DNA from: Desulfomonilia bacterium
Lineage (GTDB): Bacteria > Desulfobacterota > Desulfomonilia > UBA1062
Direction: 5' to 3'
NCBI GenBank assembly: GCA_049275795.1
Contig: JBASVF010000200.1
Span: 1 to 45,757, forward strand
DNA length: 45,757 nt
The notes under the pieces were generated by a model. It worked only from the letters and a program-made list of their open reading frames with translations, was not told the DNA's origin and did not search any database. Both the position numbers and the translations under genes were made by a program. The first letter of the stretch is position 1. Each line of letters opens with the position of its first letter. Of the stretch, positions 8,763 through 17,638 are shown piece after piece.

Positions 8763-9334
8763 ATGGAGAAGACGCCTGACGCCCGCCAGGACCTGATCCA
8801 GCTCATCATCGAGCTCGAGCTCGCGATGTTCAGGAAGGTCAACGCGCGCGGGAACGCCCCCTGCCAGGAGATGCCCGAGACATTCAGGGCAATGCGCTGG
8901 ATGGCCCACAGCGTCCTGTCGGAAGGAACCCTCTCCTCCTACCTGGACGACCTGAAAACGGCCGCGGAGGCGGGCAGGAACCTGATGACCGAGAAGTACG
9001 CCCGCATGGACAACTTCATCCCCCCCCCCTCAAGGACGACCCTGAGATCATCTCTGTCCTCGACGAGATCACTGCCGTTGAAAAGCGCTGGATGGGCGAG
9101 TTCGCGGCACGGTACCCCCACATCGTGACCGGGGACGGCTCGGCCTTTGCGAACTACCTGAGATGCGAGCTCGAGACCTACTCGGAGGAGACCCTGCTGC
9201 TGTATCTCAACGACGTGCGGGAGGCCCTCGGGCAGGGGAGAAACCTTGCGCAGGAGAGCTACACGAACCTCTTCAAGAGTCTCGGGTACGCCTCGCTCGA
9301 CGAGGTGGGGCGCGAGGGCCGGGACCGGAGCTGA
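8763..9334 (+). pseudogene. DUF4125-like helical protein, reading frame broken at a C10 homopolymer
   Basis: ORF 8763..9128 reads ..MTEKYARMDNFIPPP and then turns into junk. ORF 9092..9334 extends upstream as LKDDPEIISVLDEITAVEKRWMGEFAARYPHIV.. The two frames join at the C-run 9020-9029, and one extra C or two fewer C restores a single roughly 190-aa protein. The DUF4125 name is from memory. Confidence 0.65.
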
Positions 9335-9487
9335 AAAACACCGGCAGCAGACTCCCGCGCGGTCCACGCCCGTTCCCGGGGCGGCCGGGGTTGTTTTAAT
9401 GCCTCGGGAGAGGCTCTTTCCCCGCGATCCCGGAATACGCCGTGCCGGCTGCACGGTCACCGATAATACCCATGAGAGGAGCAGCGC

Positions 9488-10432
9488 ATGAAGGGACTTC
9501 AACTGGCCCGTGAGTATTTCGACGCGCACGGCGCCCCCATGATCGAGCGGAAATTCGCCTCCTGCCGGGACCGCATCGCGGCCGGACTGGTGGGAGACGG
9601 TTCGGAATGCTTCGGGTTCGACGACGAGATCTCCCGCGACCACGACTGGGGCCCCTCGTTCATCCTGTGGCTGACCCGCGAAGACTACTCGGCCATCGGG
9701 GAGGCGCTCCAGGCCGAGTACGATCGGCTTCCGGGAGAGTTTGCCGGGATGCCGGCCCGCACGCCGAGCGTCTGGGGCATGGGCAGGGTCGGGGTGTTCG
9801 AGATCGGGGCCTTCTACCGGCAGTTCACCGGCCTGGAGTCTATCCCCCAGACCCTGAGCCAGTGGCGGGCCATTCCCGAGGAGAACCTGGCCGTGTGCAC
9901 CAACGGGGAGGTCTTCACCGATCCTGCCGGCGAGTTCACCCGCATCCGCGAGGCCCTGCTGGGGGGCTACCCAGAGGATCTGCGGCGCAAGAAGCTCGCC
10001 TCGTACCTGATGAGCGCGGCCCAGTCGGGCCAGTACAACTTTCTCAGAAGCGTCCGCCGTGGCGAGCTCGTGGCCGCCCAGTATGCCGAGACCCGCTACA
10101 TCGCGGACGTGATCTCCATCGCCTTTCTGCTCAACAGGCGCTACCGCCCCTTCTACAAGTGGATGCACCGCTCGCTGGCCCACCTGCCCATCCTGGGGTC
10201 CCGCCTCCACGCGATGCTCAGCGACCTGGTGACCATACACTCGCGCGCGCAGGGCGCCACGCTCTATCGGATGAAGGCGCTTCTGATCGAGGAAATCGCC
10301 CGGACCGTGATCGGCGGGCTCAGGGAACAGGGGCTGAGCGACTCGGAGAGCGACTTTCTCCTCGACCACGGACCCGAGGTGCAGAAACGCATCGAGGACC
10401 CCGGGCTGCGCGCGCAGAGCGTCTGGGCCTGA
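9488..10432 (+). CDS. DUF4037-type nucleotidyltransferase-like protein
   Basis: 314-aa ORF. The N-terminal GLVGDGSECFGFDDEISRDHDWGPSF fits a pol-beta-type NTase G-S..D-x-D pattern and my memory of DUF4037 proteins. It sits next to DUF4125, as is commonly seen. Confidence 0.75.
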   Translation: MKGLQLAREYFDAHGAPMIERKFASCRDRIAAGLVGDGSECFGFDDEISRDHDWGPSFILWLTREDYSAIGEALQAEYDRLPGEFAGMPARTPSVWGMGRVGVFEIGAFYRQFTGLESIPQTLSQWRAIPEENLAVCTNGEVFTDPAGEFTRIREALLGGYPEDLRRKKLASYLMSAAQSGQYNFLRSVRRGELVAAQYAETRYIADVISIAFLLNRRYRPFYKWMHRSLAHLPILGSRLHAMLSDLVTIHSRAQGATLYRMKALLIEEIARTVIGGLREQGLSDSESDFLLDHGPEVQKRIEDPGLRAQSVWA

Positions 10433-10777
10433 AGCGGTGCCCCGCTGTTCGCCTGCGGGCCCTTCGCCGGCGTGGGTATCGGTGCACGAGAGAATCGCGG
10501 TTGTCGGCCCTCTTCCCGGGCTGCCCCTTCGGGTGTATGCCAGCCCTGATGCCTGCACGGGTGAGCTCCTCACCCCGGCGATGTCGGCTGCGATGAGCGT
10601 ATCGGGCTTGAACCGAATCTTTCCTTTTTCTCTCGGCCTGATACCCCCCTCTTGTCGTGGCGGTGCATGATCGGCGGGCGGGAGCAACCCCGGCGCGCTG
10701 CCCGTCAGGCCTCGCTCGAGGCGATGGAGACCGCTCCCGCCCGCGTGTGATGCGTCTTTCTTACCGAGACTCCCGGC

Positions 10778-12490
10778 CTAGAACGGCAGGACCTGGGCCA
10801 GATCCTCGTCCGTGAAATCGAACACGGCCCCGGTCATGGGAGAAGGCTCGTCGTAGAAGAACTGCGGCAGCCGGTCGTCCTTGGCCGTGAACCCTGCCCC
10901 GCGGTTGAACTTCTTCTCCTGGATCAGCGTCTGCAGCCCGATGCCGAAGAGCCGGTCGGGTGTCCACTCGCCCCCGAACTTGCCCGCAAAGGCCTCGGCA
11001 ATGTGGATGATGCCGAACTTGTGCGTGCTGGCCAGGGGCAGCGCGGCGAAGTGGCAGAAGAAGTTGTCAGCCAGGGCATAGAGAACCTGGACCTTCTGCG
11101 ACATCTGGATGCGGCCCGTGTTTCTGAAGTCGCCGGCAGAGCCGCTGGTGGTGCCGACCGTGTGGTCAGCGCCCTGGGGAGAGGTCGCGTAGCCCACGCC
11201 CGTGCCCTTGCTGTTGCGCGGGTCGTACCCGGGCATGGCCTGACCTTTGACGCAGGGGATCCTCTTGACCCCGAGGTGCTCTCCGGTCACTTTCGTTCCC
11301 TGGGCCAGGACCGCGCCGAACTCGGTTCCCTCGATGATCTCGTTGACGAGCCCCAGGGCCTTCTCGCCGTCGCCCCAGGGGATCTTGCCGCCCTCCATGC
11401 ACACGCCGATGGTGGCGCCAAGCTCGATGGTATCGATCCCGAAGTTGTCGCACAGGCGCTCGATCCGGGCGATGAGGTCGAGGTCACGGATGTCGCAGTT
11501 GGAGCCGATGAGCGCGACCGTCTCGTACTCGAAGCCCGAGGTCACGTACTCACCGTTCTCGTCGACCCAGGTGTTGTGGCACTTGATCGGGCAGCCCGGC
11601 TGGCAGGGGATCTCGGATTTCGCCCCCCGGCGGTTGATGATCTGGAAGAACTTGGTCACCCCGATGTCCTCGAGAATTTCGCAGCGCCGGCCGCTGAAGT
11701 TCTTCACGGGCAGGGCCCCGGTCTTGCCGGTGACCGCCATGCCGATCATGGTGCCGAACTTGTTCATGGCCTTCATGGACGCGTTGCGGTCCAGCACCTC
11801 GAGGAAGGCCCTCATGGCCTTGTTGAACTTCTCCTTGTCCGCAAAGGCGACCTCTGCCTTGGACTTGGCCGGCTCGATGACGATGGCCTTCAGTCCCTTG
11901 GACCCCATGACCGAGCCCACGCCGCCCCTGGCCAGAGCACGGCAGGGATGCCCGGTGGCAAAGTCCGTGACCTGGATTGTGGAGTTGGCGTATCCCCGCT
12001 CGCCGGCGCCGCCGATGCAGGCAACCGCGATCTTGTCTCCGTGAACCGCCTTGAGCTTTCCAACCAGGTCATAGGTGCCCATTCCGGCATACTCGCCGGC
12101 ATCCACGAGCTCCGCCCCGCCGTCGGCCTTGATGTTCAGGATGGAAAGGGACCCATCCGCAGGCTTGCCCTCGACGATCATCAGTTGAACACCCTGGCGC
12201 GCCAGCACGGACCCGATGTTTCCTCCCGAGTTCGCCTCCTTGATGCCCTTGGTCAGAGGACTCTTGGTCCCCACCGAGAGCCGGTTGGCGGTCGGAAACC
12301 CGGTGCCCGCCAGCATCCCCAGCGCGAACACGAGCTTGTTGCCCTCGCCCAGCGGCTCGCAGGCCGGATCGACCTCGTCGTTGAGCACCTTGGCCACCAG
12401 GCCGCGGTTGCCAAAGAGTTTGTAGTCCTCCTTGAGGTCTTCCCATGTCACCGTCTTGTTCGTCATGTTTATTCTCAGTACCTTATCCAT
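10778..12490 (-). CDS. aor: tungsten-type aldehyde:ferredoxin oxidoreductase (AOR family)
   Basis: 570 aa. The AOR N-terminal domain reads MDKVLRINMTNKTVTWEDL..GNRGL..KSPLTKG. A Cys-rich cluster segment reads IPCQPGCPIKC, and the pterin-binding-like regions are DTIELGATIG and GADHT. AGGAGA RBS. Confidence 0.92.
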   Translation of the reverse strand: MDKVLRINMTNKTVTWEDLKEDYKLFGNRGLVAKVLNDEVDPACEPLGEGNKLVFALGMLAGTGFPTANRLSVGTKSPLTKGIKEANSGGNIGSVLARQGVQLMIVEGKPADGSLSILNIKADGGAELVDAGEYAGMGTYDLVGKLKAVHGDKIAVACIGGAGERGYANSTIQVTDFATGHPCRALARGGVGSVMGSKGLKAIVIEPAKSKAEVAFADKEKFNKAMRAFLEVLDRNASMKAMNKFGTMIGMAVTGKTGALPVKNFSGRRCEILEDIGVTKFFQIINRRGAKSEIPCQPGCPIKCHNTWVDENGEYVTSGFEYETVALIGSNCDIRDLDLIARIERLCDNFGIDTIELGATIGVCMEGGKIPWGDGEKALGLVNEIIEGTEFGAVLAQGTKVTGEHLGVKRIPCVKGQAMPGYDPRNSKGTGVGYATSPQGADHTVGTTSGSAGDFRNTGRIQMSQKVQVLYALADNFFCHFAALPLASTHKFGIIHIAEAFAGKFGGEWTPDRLFGIGLQTLIQEKKFNRGAGFTAKDDRLPQFFYDEPSPMTGAVFDFTDEDLAQVLPF

Positions 12491-12532
12491 GGCTTCTCTC
12501 CTGTGTGGTTATCTCGCGAATCCCCTTTAACA

Positions 12533-13702
12533 TCAGACCAGGCTCTCGTACGCCGCTTCCATCAATCCCGTGAGCTGGGCCCTGGTCGGCTTCTTGGGGC
12601 AGGTGATGTAGCCGAACTCGCCCATGGACAGATCAATGATCTGCGGGATGTCCGCCGGATCGGGGATGATCTTGTCCGCCCTGGGCGATCCGAGATCGAT
12701 GTAGAACTTCCTGAGCGCGTCCTTGAACTCCCTGCCGACCTCTTCGATGGGCCGCCCGCTGTTCGACTCCACGCCGAGCATGGCAGCCATCTTCCGGGTC
12801 TCGTCCGGGATGAGATCCGCGTACCACTCGCACACCTCGGGCAGGGTGAACGCGCAGGTGATGCCGTGGGGGCAGTGCGTGACCGCCTCGATGGAATGCC
12901 CCATGGCGTGGGGCAGGTGGAAGCCCCCGTAGGAGCCTACCAGGATGCCGAAGGTCGCGGCCATGGCCATGTTCTCCCTGGCCTCCAGGTCCGAGCCGTT
13001 GGCCACCGCACGCGGCAGGTACTTGAACACCCGCTCCACGACCTCCAGGCCCCAGGCCGTGAGCATGGGGTTACGCTTGAATCCGCCGATGCCTTCCACC
13101 GCGTGCGCCAGGGCGTCGAGGCCCGTGGACGCGGTGAGCCCCGGGGGCATCTTGGACTGGATCACCGGGTCCACCAGGGCCATGGTCGGGGTGACCTCGG
13201 CCTGCGGGAGGGCCTTCTTGATGCCGGTCTTCTCGTCCATGACCACGGCCACGTTGGACACCTCGCTGCCCGTGCCCGCGGTGGTGGGGATGCAGACATA
13301 GGGCTTCATGAGCGGGCCGCGGAGCACGCCCGCATCGAGCAGGCCCACGTAGCTCTCGAAGTCGCCGGGCTGGGTCAGTGCCACGTTCACGGCCTTGCCC
13401 GTGTCCATGGCGCTGCCGCCACCCACGGCCACGATGGTGTCGATGCCCGCCTCGCGGGCGATCTCGACGCACTCGAACACGGTCGAATAGGGCACCGAGA
13501 CCTTTACGTTGTCGAACTGGACCACCTCTATACCTGCCAGCTGAATGGCCTCGATAACCGGGTCCACGATGCCTGCGTCCTTGATGCCCTTGTCGTAGAT
13601 GCACAGGGCCTTCCTGGCGCCCAGCGCCAGGAGATGGGTCCCGGCCTGGGTCGAGACTCCATCGCCGAAAACGATCTTGGTGAGCGGAAATGCGAAGTTC
13701 AT
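12533..13702 (-). CDS. iron-containing (group III) alcohol dehydrogenase
   Basis: 389 aa with VAVGGGSAMDTGKA, ALAHAVEG and HLPHAMGH metal-binding His motifs. AAGGAGG RBS. It lies immediately upstream of aor on the same strand. Confidence 0.92.
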   Translation of the reverse strand: MNFAFPLTKIVFGDGVSTQAGTHLLALGARKALCIYDKGIKDAGIVDPVIEAIQLAGIEVVQFDNVKVSVPYSTVFECVEIAREAGIDTIVAVGGGSAMDTGKAVNVALTQPGDFESYVGLLDAGVLRGPLMKPYVCIPTTAGTGSEVSNVAVVMDEKTGIKKALPQAEVTPTMALVDPVIQSKMPPGLTASTGLDALAHAVEGIGGFKRNPMLTAWGLEVVERVFKYLPRAVANGSDLEARENMAMAATFGILVGSYGGFHLPHAMGHSIEAVTHCPHGITCAFTLPEVCEWYADLIPDETRKMAAMLGVESNSGRPIEEVGREFKDALRKFYIDLGSPRADKIIPDPADIPQIIDLSMGEFGYITCPKKPTRAQLTGLMEAAYESLV

Positions 13703-13938
13703 GCGTTCCTCCTTGGTTGTAATTTCTCCTCGTTGATCCCCTTATCTTTCACATGCCAGTAAACCACGGCACTGTAAGAAAACATACCCGGAAGAATGCC
13801 TGGTTATTACCCAGTGGAAGTAGGACTTTTCAGGATACCGTGCCGTGAGAGAACCGCGCCGGCGTGGTAGGTCCCTGCCAGGGGCGGATGCGCGGGCGTC
13901 TGTCAGAGAAACTTACCCGGCCGGGGAATGCGGAAAGG

Positions 13939-14721
13939 TTACTCCATGGAGGCCAGCATGGACCTCAGATTGACCTTCTGGTTCTTGATGCCGAGCTTTT
14001 CCCGGATCTTTTCCCGGTGGAACTCGATGGTCTTGGCAGAGAGGTTCATGGCCTCGGCAATCTCCTTGGTGGACTTGCCATCCTTGATGAGCAGTGCCAC
14101 CTGGAGGTCGACGGGCGAGAGCGAGTTGAGCCCGGAGGAGAGCTTGCGGGCCATGGGCGTGACCGCCTCCTTGAGGCTGTACTCGATCCGCTCGACCAGG
14201 GCGAGCTGGTCCGGGGTGAGCCTGGTTGCCCTGAGCTTGTCGAGGTAGGGCTTGATCAGGCCGGCGATGTGCGCGCTCAGGTCCTTGCGGTAGCTCTTCT
14301 TGAAGGTCTCGCGCTGCTCGAGGAGCACGTTGACCGTGGTGTTGAGCTCCTTGAGCTGGGCCGAGGTGTCCCTGACCACCTCCTCCATCTGCTCGTAGGC
14401 GGCCTTGAGCTTTTCCTCCATCTCCTTGCGGGCCTGGATTTCGCGGCTGATGCCGATGGACAGGGAGGGCTTGCCATCCTCGCCCAGGAGATAGTTGATG
14501 TTCTGCTCCAGCCAGATACGCGAGCCGTCTTTTCGCAGGCCCAGGTACTCGTAGCACTCGGCGGGGGAGGATTCCTTGAGGTGGTCGATACCCTGGGCGG
14601 CCTGGATGTAGCGGGCCCCCACGTACCTAATGTGCCCATCCAGGCTCTCCGGGGCGATGAAATCGGTCCAGTGGAGCTTGACCGCCTCTTCCTGGGTATA
14701 GCCGTGGAGCTTCTCGACCAT
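13939..14721 (-). CDS. PAS-domain LuxR-family transcriptional regulator (intact ORF portion; see finding on the upstream in-frame TGA)
   Basis: The C-terminal LuxR HTH reads LSPVDLQVALLIKDGKSTKEIAEAMNLSAKTIEFHREKIREKLG. A central coiled-coil follows an N-terminal PAS core (LHGYTQEE..YLGLRKDGSRIWLEQN). The same frame continues upstream to an ATG at 14829 but is broken by a TGA at 14758-14760. Confidence 0.85.
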   Translation of the reverse strand: MVEKLHGYTQEEAVKLHWTDFIAPESLDGHIRYVGARYIQAAQGIDHLKESSPAECYEYLGLRKDGSRIWLEQNINYLLGEDGKPSLSIGISREIQARKEMEEKLKAAYEQMEEVVRDTSAQLKELNTTVNVLLEQRETFKKSYRKDLSAHIAGLIKPYLDKLRATRLTPDQLALVERIEYSLKEAVTPMARKLSSGLNSLSPVDLQVALLIKDGKSTKEIAEAMNLSAKTIEFHREKIREKLGIKNQKVNLRSMLASME

Positions 14722-14838
14722 GGGGCTGAAGTAGAGGAACCGGTTCTCCCTGATGCTTCAGACGTGGGCCAGGTCCCACATGGTATCCATGATGATCTGG
14801 AAGATTGCTGCTGTGTCGATGCGGCTCATGCTTAATAT

Positions 14839-14844
14839 ATTATA
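14839..14844 (-). promoter_or_regulatory. possible -10 box (TATAAT) for a leaderless PAS-LuxR transcript
   Basis: A minus-strand TATAAT ends 9 nt before the ATG at 14829. There is no Shine-Dalgarno between them, and the flank is AT-rich. I found no clear -35. Confidence 0.3.
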
Positions 14845-15027
14845 CTTCACATCGAATAGTTAAGCCCTATGTGATCCTCGGGCAGGTTTCCCGTAGAACC
14901 TGGGGCCCGGAGGGCCCCGCTCGCCACCTGCCGCGCAGGCGCCGCTGCCGGGACTAAGGACCTTTCCCCGCACCGCTTGGCGCATGACCGGTTTTTTTAA
15001 CAGAACCAGGGTAAAGATCTTTTACAG

Positions 15028-15057
15028 TTGAACCGAATCATCACTAGCAGGTATACT
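15028..15057 (+). promoter_or_regulatory. sigma-70-like promoter of lipoprotein paralog 1
   Basis: TTGAAC-18 nt-TATACT. The element GACCGAATC..AGGTATACT is conserved upstream of paralog 2 at 18743-18772. Confidence 0.4.
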
Positions 15058-15148
15058 TACAAACAAAATCAAATGTGTTCGCCGAAAGCCGATGATCCGG
15101 CGTTCAGGGCATTTCAATAGTGATCGTCACACAGAAAAAAACAACAGG

Positions 15149-16834
15149 ATGAAGGAGGAAACAAGGACGAAGAAAATAGGCGGTTTTGTGTTTTCACTGG
15201 CGATGTGCGCCATGCTGGCACTCGCGGGCTGCTCCAGCAGCTCCAGCAGCTCCAGCGCGCCCACGGTCTCGGGCATTGCGTCCACCGGGGCCGCCATCTC
15301 CGGCACGGTCACGCTCAAGGACGCGACCGGCGAGGAGCTGGGGCCACAGGACATCGGGGCGGACGGGAGCTTCAGCTTCGACGTCACCGGCCTGACCCCG
15401 CCCTTCGTGATCAAGGCCACTTCCGGTGAGGAGAGATGGTTTTCCTACGCCGCGGGCCCCGGCACGGCCAACGTGAACCCCCTGACCATGCTGGCCCTGG
15501 CAATGGCTGTGGAGTCGGGTGACCCGGAGGACGCGTACGCCGACCCGTCCGAGGTCGCCGATGATGCGATCGCCTCGGCGCTCGATGATGTACAGGCGCT
15601 TTTCGCGAACCTCTTTGCCGGCTTCGGCGTGGACGAGGACTTCGACCCCTTCACCGGCAACTGCACAGTCAACCACGACGGGATCGATGCGCTCTTCGAC
15701 GCCCTGGATTTCACCGTTGCCGAAGGCTTCCTCACGATCACCAAAAAGGCAACCAGCAGCCCCGTAATTGGCGAGACCCCGATCGGCGAGATCAACCCGG
15801 CCGAGCCTCTCGATGACGTTTCCACTGATCTCCTGTGGGGGACCTACAACTACTGCTACCTGTTTTTCGACACCCCGGCCGGAGGCAACGAATCAGATGC
15901 GGGCGCGGGCTACATGACCTTCGTGACGGACACCACCTGGACCGCTGTCGAGGAGTCGCCTTCGAGCGGAACAGACAGCGGCGAATATGCCATGGCTGCT
16001 CCGGGAGTTTTCACGTTCGACGGCAATTCTTCCGAGCCGGGCTTCATGACCCCTGACCGCGAGATCATGGTCATGCCCGATATGGACGCCTCGGACGGGG
16101 ACGTGGGCATCTCCATCCTGTGCAAGCGCGACACATCCCTCACCGCCGCCGACATCTCCGGCACCTACCTGCTCATGGAGCTCGGCAGGGAGACGGTGGA
16201 CGGCAACGCCTACGCGACATCCGAAATAGCGGTGATCGCCTTCAACGGAAGCGGCGGCTACACCGCTGAAGGTGGTGAATCCGGCACCTACTCGGTCGAC
16301 GCAGGCACGGGCCGGATCACCGTGAATTCCCCCGACGGCGCTCTGACCGGCATGGTGGCCAAGGGCGGCGACGTGATCGTGGTGCCCGAATATTATCCCG
16401 CAGATCAGGAGGCGGCAATCAGTATCCTGGTACGGACATCGAGCAAGGATGGCTGGAGTGTTTCGAGCCTGAACGGCAACTACTACCTGTCCGAGCTGTA
16501 CTCCGATCCGGAGGTTGTCGAGAATATCCCAAATGACTATGCGGCATACACCGTGCGCGCCGAGCTTACCATGAATGGTGGCTCCATTAACGGTTCCTTT
16601 ATCAACTCCACCCCAGAACTTGATTATTCTGAAGAAGGAATCCCATACGTGACGGCTAACTCCCATCCGGATGAGCCTGGTTTAGCCCTCGACTACTTCC
16701 TGGTGGGAGGGGCGTTCCTCGGGATAGCCTCCCCGGACGGCGAGTTCTTCGTCATGACGAGTGAGAACTACGATCCTGAAGAGTCTGAAGAGGCGGGCAT
16801 CAGCCTGGGCGTCAAGACCCTCAACACTTTCTAA
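15149..16834 (+). CDS. large secreted lipoprotein, unknown function (paralog 1)
   Basis: The lipobox LALAGC follows a basic N-terminus and a Ser-rich linker. A beta-sandwich-like N-terminal domain reads ISGTVTLKDATGEELGPQDIGADGSFSFDVTGLTPPFVIKA. The C-terminus has repeated G-[TN]-Y beta-rich segments. It is homologous end to end with 18874..20544. The start ATG at 15149 is chosen over 15092. Confidence 0.8.
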   Translation: MKEETRTKKIGGFVFSLAMCAMLALAGCSSSSSSSSAPTVSGIASTGAAISGTVTLKDATGEELGPQDIGADGSFSFDVTGLTPPFVIKATSGEERWFSYAAGPGTANVNPLTMLALAMAVESGDPEDAYADPSEVADDAIASALDDVQALFANLFAGFGVDEDFDPFTGNCTVNHDGIDALFDALDFTVAEGFLTITKKATSSPVIGETPIGEINPAEPLDDVSTDLLWGTYNYCYLFFDTPAGGNESDAGAGYMTFVTDTTWTAVEESPSSGTDSGEYAMAAPGVFTFDGNSSEPGFMTPDREIMVMPDMDASDGDVGISILCKRDTSLTAADISGTYLLMELGRETVDGNAYATSEIAVIAFNGSGGYTAEGGESGTYSVDAGTGRITVNSPDGALTGMVAKGGDVIVVPEYYPADQEAAISILVRTSSKDGWSVSSLNGNYYLSELYSDPEVVENIPNDYAAYTVRAELTMNGGSINGSFINSTPELDYSEEGIPYVTANSHPDEPGLALDYFLVGGAFLGIASPDGEFFVMTSENYDPEESEEAGISLGVKTLNTF

Positions 16835-16883
16835 TGAGTTTCCGCATCGCCGCGTGAGGGCGGCGGTGCTACGGATCGCGAAA

Positions 16884-16919
16884 CCCGGCAGGGCGTCACA
16901 AGACCCTGCCGGGTTTTTT
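16884..16919 (+). terminator. rho-independent terminator
   Basis: Perfect 10-bp stem CCCGGCAGGG/CCCTGCCGGG (16884-16893 with 16904-16913) with a 10-nt loop, followed by T6 (16914-16919). Confidence 0.75.
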
Positions 16920-16982
16920 GTCCGGCTGCAGGGAACATCCCCTGAGGAGGACCGCTTTCCAGGATCTGAAAGGGCCGGAGGA

Positions 16983-17105
16983 TCACTGCTTGGGCACGAA
17001 GAACTCCATCTGCGGGAAGTCGTCGAGGTCCCCGGAGATGCCCGCCCGCGGGAACGAGTCGACCCGGTTCGCAATGCCGCTCTTCCGGATCAAGGACTGG
17101 AGCTT
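16983..17105 (-). pseudogene. 3-prime remnant of a trehalose-6-phosphate synthase (GT20, otsA-like) gene
   Basis: ..KLQSLIRKSGIANRVDSFPRAGISGDLDDFPQMEFFVPKQ* aligns with the C-terminus of the otsA at 20626 (..RLQASIQKHDVVKWVNSFLRAGLSKDLDDFPQMEFFVPRQ*). An identical 36-mer occurs at 16992-17027 and 20635-20670. Nothing upstream of roughly codon -45 resembles GT20. Confidence 0.75.
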
Positions 17106-17122
17106 GATCTCCCCTTTCTTCC

Positions 17123-17311
17123 TCAGCAGGCAGGGTTCCGGGCCATCTCGTAGACTTCCTGGGTCTTCTGTGAGGGGGCGACGCCGAGAAGCTCGCTCAG
17201 CATGTCTGTGCAGTGGAGGTATGTCTATTCCACCTCGGCGTAGTTGCCCAGGCGGGCGTGGCACACCATGAGGTTCTGGTAAAAGCTCTCTTCCGCCGGA
17301 TGCACGTCCAG
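17123..17311 (-). pseudogene. C-terminal remnant of a BTAD (bacterial transcriptional activator domain) regulator
   Basis: LDVHPAEESFYQNLMVCHARLGNYAEVE*TYLHCTDMLSELLGVAPSQKTQEVYEMA follows the BTAD pattern (P..E..y..LM.....G....A...Y......L..ELGv.Ps..T...Y). An in-frame TAG sits at 17225-17227. There is no upstream continuation. Confidence 0.6.
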
Positions 17312-17638
17312 TTATTATCAGGATCTCCGCGATTCTGACGTGTGGATCTTCAAGGTGGATTCGACCGGGGCTCTCAGGTGCGGCATGGACGCGGACACGT
17401 ATGCAATCGAGGATGACACTGCATCCGTGACGATCACCGACACCATCGGATCGTCCGCCATGGAGACTGCCAGCGCTGTTGTGAACGCCACTGACTGTTC
17501 GGCTTTTCATGCTGCACCGGATGTTTTTACCCAGTGCTCGGAGGAGGAGTAGGCAAGGGGATGAATGCTGAACCGATTCACTCCAGGCTCTTTAAAATAA
17601 TTTCGTGTCCGCATTCGGCCACGAGAGGAGGATGAGAA

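Noticed and set aside
10608-10619. 12-mer TTGAACCGAATC shared with the paralog-1 promoter (15028-15039), plus a 10/12 match upstream of the PEP-CTERM gene (about 17569), as a candidate regulator or ECF-sigma site
   Set aside because: By a rough 4^12 estimate, on the order of a hundred identical 12-mer pairs are expected by chance in a window this size. The flanks are unrelated and no + strand gene follows 10608. Only the two paralog promoters share extended similarity, which the duplication explains.
11003-13762. 919-aa ORF on the + strand spanning the aor and adh loci
   Set aside because: It runs antisense to two genes with unmistakable family motifs and crosses their intergenic spacer. The translation is R/G/A/D/H/L low-complexity. 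Long stop-free antisense frames are expected in GC3-rich coding DNA.
14758-14760. Selenocysteine recoding of the in-frame TGA in the PAS-LuxR gene
   Set aside because: The position corresponds to a structural Trp of PAS domains, not a redox Cys. The only downstream hairpin (GAGAACC/GGTTCCTC) is weak and bulged, has essentially no loop, and does not resemble a bacterial SECIS.
17340-17552. 70-aa + strand ORF (..VWIFKVDSTGALRCGMDADTYAIEDDTASVTITD..) between the BTAD remnant and the PEP-CTERM gene
   Set aside because: It has no RBS or signal sequence. There is only a vague resemblance to the GTY..D..T..ITV segments of the neighbouring lipoproteins. It may be another gene fragment, but I cannot support that.
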